Assembly (NCBI GenBank): GCA_965246885.1
Contig: OZ251992.1
Span: 1,632,001 to 1,696,000 of the forward strand
Source: Abditibacterium sp.
GTDB lineage: Bacteria; Armatimonadota; Abditibacteriia; Abditibacteriales; Abditibacteriaceae
Direction of reading: 5' to 3'
DNA length: 64,000 bases
Part shown: in pieces, positions 57,701-64,000 of the stretch
How positions within the stretch are numbered: the first letter of the stretch is position 1
Layout: each line of letters opens with the position of its first letter
Notes under the pieces: generated by a model
The model's database searches: none
Told to the model about the DNA's origin: nothing
What the model saw: only the letters and a program-made list of their open reading frames with translations
Made by a program: the position numbers and the translations under genes

Positions 57701-58295
57701 CAACGCGGTAATGAACTCGCCTGAAGGTATCAACGAGCAGATTTACAATCGCTGCGTCGGCACCAAATACTGCGAGAACAACTGCCCCTACAAAGTGCGG
57801 CGCTTCAACTTCCTGCAGTACTCCGATCAAATCGGGCCGACCGCGCAACTCATGGCGAACCCCAATGTGACCGTGCGCTCGCGCGGCGTGATGGAGAAGT
57901 GCAACTTCTGCATCCAGCGCGTCACCGCCGCCAAGTGGCAAGCGGTCAAGGAAGGCTCGCGCGACATCCGCGACGGCGAAATCGTCGTCGCCTGCCAGCA
58001 GTCGTGTCCGACCGACGCGCTGTGGTTCGGCGACATCAATGACCCCAAGTCGAAAGTCTCCAACCTCAAGCGCGGCCCGTTCACCTTCGGCATCCTGACC
58101 GAATACAACACCATGCCGCGCGTGACTTACATGGCGCGCTTCAAGAACCCGAACCCCAAGATGGAAGCCATCAATGGGCAAAAGCCCGCCACACTCGAAG
58201 GCGAGCACGAGGGCGAAGGCACCGACCAAAAGTTGCAGTCGCACGAGGCGGGCAACCCCAAGGGCGGGACGGAGGGTGGAGAGGCTAAGCCTTGA
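54798..58295 (+). CDS. actB: alternative complex III ActB (TAT-variant molybdopterin oxidoreductase-like plus Fe-S domain)
   Basis: YWRSLEE, RRDF..., LSGC, CIGCNAC, CQHC..APC, CVGTKYC and EKCNFC. Confidence 0.94.
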   Translation: MNLIQISDKAGKPIEEKQLDVAKVRAKLASKRGQEYWRSLEEVAGDPDFPEMLRREFPIAPRDWAPLPRRDFVRLMGGALALAGLSGCAFQPQEKIVPFVKAPEEQVAGIPLFYATAVPFMGYALGVLARSDEGRPTKIEGNPDHPTSRGRTDVWAQASVLDMWDPDRSTDVRLSGSTSGWSDMAGVLNTTFQTARANGGADLALLTGTITAPSTLALIKELQTALPHMTWVSYEPINSDNVRQGALMAFGKDVHTLYHFDRANVIVSLDCDFLLEEPGRVAHARDYISGRKLTDDTGKAKDAKGATMNRLYVVESTPTITGAQGDHRFPVKAAQVDSIARALASAVGVVGVNSGTLDVDTQKWVSIIADDLKAPENRGRVLVCAGAHQPAAVHALAHAINATLGSVGASGAVSYHEPIEGNPTMHEAGLRDLITAMNKGTIKTAIIIDANPAYSAPAALGFEKALAKVQTKFHMGAYKNETSVLCDWHAPMAHYLEAWGDARSVDGTISIIQPIIRPLYEAAHTPNELLSSMLGRQNASDYDIVRGHYQTLLTRTPATRLQEGQADLAFDARWQKIVHQGLLEGTTAPVVGVTLRPLALPEPAKVGSGMEVNFRPDPSVWDGRYANNAWLQELPKAYSKITWDNALFVSPTTALKNKWSNDQEATLTLNGQSVTGAIFMLPGQPDDVVTVHLGYGRREVGKIGDGTGFNANLIRPDGAWFASGATITPTGGTYKIATTSQHNLISPKGKETTWQDGAWMASNDAKTKLINNVLAPETSDLDMDGTQGRDVVRVGTFDEFKAGKLPTSIHDKIGIPLAYPQQPEPFKSQALAVAPDADRLAENRQLAGNPSFYPRDTDTQGLLRFKDEGVQAEKETESKKEGRDGATEQWGMSVDLQSCIGCNACVIACQSENNSATVGKDQVLMGREMHWMRIDTYMRGSFENPETYFEPMYCQHCEKAPCAPVCPFNAVMNSPEGINEQIYNRCVGTKYCENNCPYKVRRFNFLQYSDQIGPTAQLMANPNVTVRSRGVMEKCNFCIQRVTAAKWQAVKEGSRDIRDGEIVVACQQSCPTDALWFGDINDPKSKVSNLKRGPFTFGILTEYNTMPRVTYMARFKNPNPKMEAINGQKPATLEGEHEGEGTDQKLQSHEAGNPKGGTEGGEAKP

Positions 58296-58453
58296 GAGAT
58301 ACGGCGTCCTGTGCAAACCCGACTCTCTTCATCGAACTCTGGGCTTGGAGCACGGTCTACCTACTGCAACTGGCCAAAGTGTGGAGAGCGTGAGAAGGGG
58401 CGCGCTTCGATTGGTCTCTAATCGAGCGCTCTCCCTGTGCGTCAGGACAGTTT

Positions 58454-60112
58454 ATGAACCCGTTTAAAAAGCGCTCTGGATCGCTCAAGTCTTCATTTTT
58501 CCAAGTCGCTGCGCTGGCACCTGAAGTGGAAAAGGATTTTCCTGTTGCTTCGGACATCCACCCATCAGCCGTGATTGAGGTGAAAAGCGACGAGTTGCCT
58601 GAAGGAGATTTACTGCCGCCAAGCGTCATCGCTGCGTCTTCGGAATCTGGAGCCAAGGGGCGGTTGTCGAGCAAGATTTACGCGGGCATCAGTTGGAGCC
58701 TGCTCAGTTCCTTCGTCAATCAGGTGCTCAATCTGCTTCGCTCCATCATGTTGGTGCGGTTGCTGTCGTTGGGCGATTTTGGCATTGCGGGCATGGCGGG
58801 AACTGTTCTGGGTGCTTTGTGCGTCTTGACTAACATTGGCGTCGCGGCCTCGGCTTTTACCACGAAGTTTGGCAGCGAAGAAGACCGGCGGCGCTATGTG
58901 GACACGATTTGGACGATTGAACTGGTGCGCGGCTTTTCCATCGGCCTCCTGATGTCGCTCGCTGCTTATCCGACGGCGCTTTTCTACCACAAACCGGATT
59001 TGTTGCCCGTTGTGTTGCTGTTGGCGTGGGTTCCGTTCTTTGGGTCGTTGCGAAACATCGGGCTGAGCTTGACCGCGCGGGATATGCAGTTTGGCCTCCT
59101 GACCTTCGTTGGTTTGGCGGAAAACATCTTCGCGGTGGGCGTCTCCATCTTGCTGGCGTGGCTGATGCACTCCTATTGGGCGCTGGTTTGGGCGCAATTG
59201 GGAGCGGCGCTGTTTGGTTTGGCCCTGTCTTATCTGGTACATCCATACCGCCCGCGCTTGACGTTTGACCGCGCGGCTTTTCTTGAGGGATTGAATTTTG
59301 GTAAGCACGTCTTTTTCATTAGCGCCTCAGGATTCATTGTTACGACTCTGGATAACATCGTGGTGGGACGGGTGCTGGGGGCTGTGGTGCTGGGCACTTA
59401 TCTGATCGCTTTCAGTGCTTCTTCTCTTTTGACCAACGTTGTCAATCAAGTGATGAGTGCTGTCTTCTTTCCAACTTTTGCGCGCATCGGACGCGAGGAC
59501 AAAAGCAAACTTGGCCCGGCCTCCACGCGCGCTTTTACGGTGGGGGCTGCGTTGTTGACGGTGACGACGGCTTTTCTTATTGCCCTTGCACCGGAGTTTC
59601 TGAGTGTGTTGTATCGTCACAAGGGGTTGGGCGCCGTTGATCCTCTCCGCGTTCTAGCTGTGGCCGGGTTTTTCCGCGCGTTGGTCGCCTTACTGAGTTC
59701 GATTTTGATGGGGATGAATCGCCCCGAAATCGAGTCGCGCTGCAAAATTATTGAGGGCGTTGTATTCATTGCGGCGATAATTCCTTTAGTGACTTTTTTC
59801 GGCATGATGGGCGCGGCAGCCACTGGTGTGTTGACGTTTTTTGTTGCCCTGCTTTTGCGCTTCTGGCTGGCTCAAAAAGCTTTCGATGGCGCGCTTAAAT
59901 CGTTGCCCCCACTTTTGGGCATCTCGTTACTGGCCATTGCTGGAGGTTATTTCGTCTGCGATGAGGCTCTCCGGTTGTTGCCGCCTTTTGCGCCCTTGTT
60001 GCGTCTCCTCATTTGCGCTCCCCTGACGATGCTTGTGTCCGGCGCCATTTTTACGCTGTTCCGTCCTCAACTGGTGGGCGAAGCCAAGGGCCTCGTCGCC
60101 AATTTTCGATAA
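58454..60112 (+). CDS. PST-family polysaccharide flippase (Wzx/WzxC-like)
   Basis: many TM helices; RLL...DFG, SWALVW and DNIVVGR.LG...LG.Y. Confidence 0.88.
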   Translation: MNPFKKRSGSLKSSFFQVAALAPEVEKDFPVASDIHPSAVIEVKSDELPEGDLLPPSVIAASSESGAKGRLSSKIYAGISWSLLSSFVNQVLNLLRSIMLVRLLSLGDFGIAGMAGTVLGALCVLTNIGVAASAFTTKFGSEEDRRRYVDTIWTIELVRGFSIGLLMSLAAYPTALFYHKPDLLPVVLLLAWVPFFGSLRNIGLSLTARDMQFGLLTFVGLAENIFAVGVSILLAWLMHSYWALVWAQLGAALFGLALSYLVHPYRPRLTFDRAAFLEGLNFGKHVFFISASGFIVTTLDNIVVGRVLGAVVLGTYLIAFSASSLLTNVVNQVMSAVFFPTFARIGREDKSKLGPASTRAFTVGAALLTVTTAFLIALAPEFLSVLYRHKGLGAVDPLRVLAVAGFFRALVALLSSILMGMNRPEIESRCKIIEGVVFIAAIIPLVTFFGMMGAAATGVLTFFVALLLRFWLAQKAFDGALKSLPPLLGISLLAIAGGYFVCDEALRLLPPFAPLLRLLICAPLTMLVSGAIFTLFRPQLVGEAKGLVANFR

Positions 60113-60163
60113 CCTTCCTTGGACTTGAGACCTCCAAGCTCAAAAAGACAGTGTTTCTACGTT

Positions 60164-61141
60164 ATGCCCACGATCAGCATCATTATTCCGACCTACAACG
60201 TGGCGAGATTCCTGCCGATGACTCTGGACAGTATCCTCGCCCAAACGTTCACCGATTGGGAGTGCATTCTGGTGGATGACGGGTCGGGGGATGATACGGC
60301 GGCCATCGCGCAAAGTTACGCCGCGCGCGATTCGCGCTTTCGGGCCTTGCGTCAAGACAACGCCGGGCCTTCGGTGGCGCGCAATTTTGGCTATTCCCGC
60401 GCCGACCCCACTTCGCGCTTTGTGACGTTCATGGACTCCGATGATTTATGGATTCCCGAAGCGCTACAACTACTGCAGGATGAACTGGAGCGCGACCCGC
60501 AAGCTGTCGCTGCCAGTGGACTGGCCGATTTCATTGACGCGGACGGCGCGCCCCTGCGTCCGGGTGAATTCGCCGCCAGTGGGAGGTCGCGCCGGGAAAC
60601 GCGCGGGCGGCGGCGGGTGTATTTGAAGCCTCACGAGCCGACAACCTTCGCCGGACTTTGCATTGACAACGTGCTGTTTCCGCCGGGATTATGGCTCGCG
60701 CGGCGCAGTGCCTACGATCAAACAGACGGGTTTGACCCCGCGCAAAAGGCAGCCGAAGATTGGGGAGTGCTTATTGCCCTGAGCCGGTGCGGGCCGATCC
60801 GCTTTGTTGATCGTATTATTCTCTTTTATCGCCGCCACGAAAACAATCTGGGAGCCACCGCCGTGACGCCAAAGATGGCTTTTCTGGTGCGATGCCGCAC
60901 TTTCTACTCACCTAAAAACACGCCGGAACAACAGCGAATACTTCGCAATGGTGAGCGCGCCTATCAGCGGGAAATGGTGGGCGAGCGCGTGCGCGTGGGG
61001 GTGGAAAAGATGCGTCGCCGCCAATTCGCGGGTGCGGCGGCCTCGTTCGCGCGGGTGCCGGTTCATTTCTGGCGCTGGTATCGGGGCGCCCCCAGCATCA
61101 AGTCGCTTCCCCCCGAACTGCGCCAATTCGTCGGGCGCTGA
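60164..61141 (+). CDS. glycosyltransferase family 2
   Basis: SIIIPTYN, VDDGS, ARN, DSDD and EDW. Confidence 0.93.
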   Translation: MPTISIIIPTYNVARFLPMTLDSILAQTFTDWECILVDDGSGDDTAAIAQSYAARDSRFRALRQDNAGPSVARNFGYSRADPTSRFVTFMDSDDLWIPEALQLLQDELERDPQAVAASGLADFIDADGAPLRPGEFAASGRSRRETRGRRRVYLKPHEPTTFAGLCIDNVLFPPGLWLARRSAYDQTDGFDPAQKAAEDWGVLIALSRCGPIRFVDRIILFYRRHENNLGATAVTPKMAFLVRCRTFYSPKNTPEQQRILRNGERAYQREMVGERVRVGVEKMRRRQFAGAAASFARVPVHFWRWYRGAPSIKSLPPELRQFVGR

Positions 61142-61242
61142 CTTCCGCCCCCGCCCCTTGAGCAGACCTCCACTGGAAAAGAACGTGACGCTACCCTCTT
61201 CCTGAACGAACAGTAGTTGTACGTGTATAATAGCTGGGCATC

Positions 61243-62463
61243 ATGGAAACAGCAAACAAAGCAGAAGCGGCTACGCCTTCAAAGCCAAGGTTAAGGCTGC
61301 ACCATCTGGATGGAATGAGGGGTTTAGCTGCGCTTTATGTGGCTTTAACTCACGCTCACGGTGAGACGCTTAATCGCTTGCCCCGCGAGACGTTTTCTGC
61401 CCCGGTCGCTTTATTTTCGAGGCTGATGTCTTGGGGGCATTTCTCTGTTTCTTTGTTTATCGTGCTGTCTGGGTTTAGTTTGATGCTTCCGTTGGCAACT
61501 TCCTCCGACCAAACATTGCGAGGTGGCATGAAACAGTACATAATTCGCCGCGCCCGTCGTATTCTTCCGCCCTATTATGTGGCTTTAGCGCTGAGCGTGC
61601 TGCTTCTGTTTTTTGTCCCCGCTCTTCGCATTTCCAGTAACACGACTTGGGATAACGCTTTGGCGCCTTTTGGCGCAGGTTCTCTTCTCTCCCACCTGTT
61701 TGTGGTGCACAACTTGAATCAGACGTGGATATATAAAATCAATCCGCCTTTATGGAGCGTCGCTACCGAGTGGCAGATTTACTTCTTTTTCCCCCTATTG
61801 TTTCTTCCCATCTGGAGGCGTTTCGGCATCTTCGCAACTGTCCTCATGGGAGTGGTCGTCGGTGTGTTGCTTCATTTTGTGCCGCCCAAGATTGGCTTTA
61901 GCCTCAGTCAAGCCTGCCCTTGGTATCTGGGACTTTTTGCGATGGGGATGGCGGGTGCCGTCATCTGCTTTGGGAATGATCAGTCTAAATTTACGGGATT
62001 CCTGCGACGTCATAGCCTATCTCTCTTCTTCATAGCGGCGCTCTTTTTTGCAACTATAGTTATTGCTCGTGGGCAGTGGGCTGACTATCATAAAATGCCA
62101 GTAGACATCCTCGCTGGGATCGTCGTCACTCTACTTATGATTTATTGTGGGGTAGAAAGCACCCGAACAGACAGGGGGCGGAAAACGCCGTTGCTGCTTA
62201 GGTTGTTCCAATGCAGACCTCTGGTCGCGCTTGGTGGATTTTCCTATAGCTTGTATTTGATACATCATCTTCTATACGCACTGATTCGCGTAACCCTTGA
62301 CAGTGTGGGGGTGTCGCCGTCCCAAATCGCGGTATGGATGTTCACGGTTGGAGTTCCTCTGTCTCTGGCCTTGGCTTATCTCTTCCATCTGATTGTGGAA
62401 AAACCCTTCCTCGCTAACAAGCCAAGCGCCCCAACTCCTCCTGCGCCTGCTTCGGCGACTTGA
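61243..62463 (+). CDS. acyltransferase family 3 (OafA-like)
   Basis: LDGMRG, F..LSGF, RRARRI.PPY, WSVATEWQ.Y and SYSLYLIH. Confidence 0.93.
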   Translation: METANKAEAATPSKPRLRLHHLDGMRGLAALYVALTHAHGETLNRLPRETFSAPVALFSRLMSWGHFSVSLFIVLSGFSLMLPLATSSDQTLRGGMKQYIIRRARRILPPYYVALALSVLLLFFVPALRISSNTTWDNALAPFGAGSLLSHLFVVHNLNQTWIYKINPPLWSVATEWQIYFFFPLLFLPIWRRFGIFATVLMGVVVGVLLHFVPPKIGFSLSQACPWYLGLFAMGMAGAVICFGNDQSKFTGFLRRHSLSLFFIAALFFATIVIARGQWADYHKMPVDILAGIVVTLLMIYCGVESTRTDRGRKTPLLLRLFQCRPLVALGGFSYSLYLIHHLLYALIRVTLDSVGVSPSQIAVWMFTVGVPLSLALAYLFHLIVEKPFLANKPSAPTPPAPASAT

Positions 62464-62792
62464 CTTAGGTGCGAGGAGTTCATCGTGCGCTTGGCGCCAT
62501 GTCCGACAGGGTCAACGAATCCATCGGGAAATCCTCCAGCATGGCACTCTTGGAAATAAGAGCATGATGTATTCCCCCGCGCCACATTCAGGACAGGCAA
62601 GGCATACTTCAAGGAGTTTCCTGAGCCAACTTCCGACGTGTCAAGCTATTCTCCTCGTGTTTTGGGACGAGAAGTGCCCACGCGGAATGAGTTCTCTAAG
62701 GCGTTATGCATAGGGAAGCCTCGGCAAACTGTCGAACGGATTGGGAAGTCGTTGCGGCTTCTTGAACCCAACGAAAGATCACTTGAATTGTT

Positions 62793-64000
62793 ATGGCCGT
62801 CATCTCACCCCGCGAAATCTCCCGACGCTTGCCTTCGCCCGTTGTGGACGCCGACGAAACGTTCGATGTCGTCGGCAAAGGCAATACGCTCGCGTCCGTC
62901 ACCGCCAAAGTGTCGGATGTCGTGTTGCGCGACCGGCTGCGTCCCGGTTGGGTCTTGTTCCTTTTGTTCTCCTTGGTGCTCCTCGCCACCTTGGGCGTCG
63001 CGTTTGGCGGCGTCCTTGTCATGGGCGTGGGCTTGTGGGGCATCAACAACTCTGTTGACTGGGGCTTTGACATCATCAACTTCGTGTGGTGGATTGGCAT
63101 CGGTCACGCCGGAACACTCATCTCGGCCATTCTGCTGCTTGTCCACCAGAACTGGCGCACCTCCATCAACCGCTTCGCCGAAGCGATGACCATCTTCGCC
63201 GTGTTCTGCGCGGGGTTGTTCGTGCTGTCGCACTTGGGGCGCCACCAGTACGCTTACTGGCTGTTCCCCCTGCCGAACTCGATGGGCATGTGGCCACAGT
63301 TTCGCTCGCCGCTCGAATGGGACGTGTTCGCGGTCTCGACGTATGCGACGGTTTCGATTCTCTTTTGGTATGTCGGCCTCATTCCCGACTTGGCGACGCT
63401 ACGCGACCGCGCGGTGCGCCCGCTCGTGAAGAAGTTCTACGGCATTGCGTCGCTCGGCTGGCGCGGCTCCAACCAACACTGGCACCGCTACATGGCGGTT
63501 TACCTGATTCTGGCGGGCATCTCGACGCCGCTCGTGTTGTCCGTTCACTCGACCATCTCCTTCGACTTCGCGTTTTCGCAGGTTCCGGGCTGGCACGCGA
63601 CCGTGTTCCCGCCCTACTTCGTGGCGGGCGCGCTTGTGGGCGGCTTTGCAATGGTGCTGATTCTGGCCATCCCCCTGCGCGAACTGTTCAATCTCAAAGA
63701 CCTCATCACGATGCGGCACTTGGAGAACTGCGCCAAGATTCTCATTGCGACCACCATCTTCGTTTCCTACGGCTACGCAATGGAAGCGTGGACGGCCTAC
63801 TACTCCGGCTCCATTGACGAGCGCTTCATGGCGTGGAACCGCGCGTTCGGACCATACGGCTGGTCGTATTGGTCGCTCATCTTTTGCAACGCCGTCGTGC
63901 CGCAACTCTTGTGGTTCCGCAAGATTCGCACGAACTTGGTCGCGCTCTACTTCATCTCTGTTGTGCTCTCCATCGGCATGTGGTTGGAGCGCTGGGTCAT
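62793..64000 (+). CDS. actC: alternative complex III ActC (NrfD family), runs off window
   Basis: MAVISP...; NFVWWIGIGHAGTLISA, WRTSINRFAE, QFRSPL.WD, LSVHS and PGWH.T.FPPYFVAGA; absent from the ORF track because no stop is in the window. Confidence 0.95.
   Translation, partial: MAVISPREISRRLPSPVVDADETFDVVGKGNTLASVTAKVSDVVLRDRLRPGWVLFLLFSLVLLATLGVAFGGVLVMGVGLWGINNSVDWGFDIINFVWWIGIGHAGTLISAILLLVHQNWRTSINRFAEAMTIFAVFCAGLFVLSHLGRHQYAYWLFPLPNSMGMWPQFRSPLEWDVFAVSTYATVSILFWYVGLIPDLATLRDRAVRPLVKKFYGIASLGWRGSNQHWHRYMAVYLILAGISTPLVLSVHSTISFDFAFSQVPGWHATVFPPYFVAGALVGGFAMVLILAIPLRELFNLKDLITMRHLENCAKILIATTIFVSYGYAMEAWTAYYSGSIDERFMAWNRAFGPYGWSYWSLIFCNAVVPQLLWFRKIRTNLVALYFISVVLSIGMWLERWV

Noticed and set aside
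62720..62760. c-di-GMP-I riboswitch-like GGCAAACTGTCGAAC upstream of actC
   Set aside because: It lacks the GNRA loop pairing and the downstream GCAAAG element; an Infernal/Rfam scan would be needed to support it.

Overview
GC-rich bacterial chromosomal window with no prophage or CRISPR array. Gene content and style suggest Armatimonadota/Abditibacteriota, which is an inference. The housekeeping backbone is pepF-like M3 peptidase, hisI/hisF, amidase-GerMN-murI-rdgB, tpiA/pgk/gap, rapZ/yvcK, tRNA-Pro(GGG), a ctaA-ctaB fusion and alternative complex III (actA, actB, actC). Accessory DNA repeatedly splits this backbone. It includes an AAA ATPase with tandem palindromic boxes, an orphan BrxC/DUF6079-like ATPase beside a Hen1-Pnkp RNA repair pair, a helicase-less type IIG/ISP-like R-M enzyme and a vWA-less VIT protein with a beta-propeller partner. 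It also holds two distant paralogues whose last 68 bp are nearly identical, a regulator-icd-sbtA-carbonic anhydrase cluster, a decayed toxin-antitoxin/GGDEF chimera and a flippase-GT2-acyltransferase cassette inside the act operon. Intergenic regions carry five 21-bp-periodic arrays (four with an inverted copy), REP-like doublets and long hairpins. Family assignments come from motif recognition by eye; no database searches were run.
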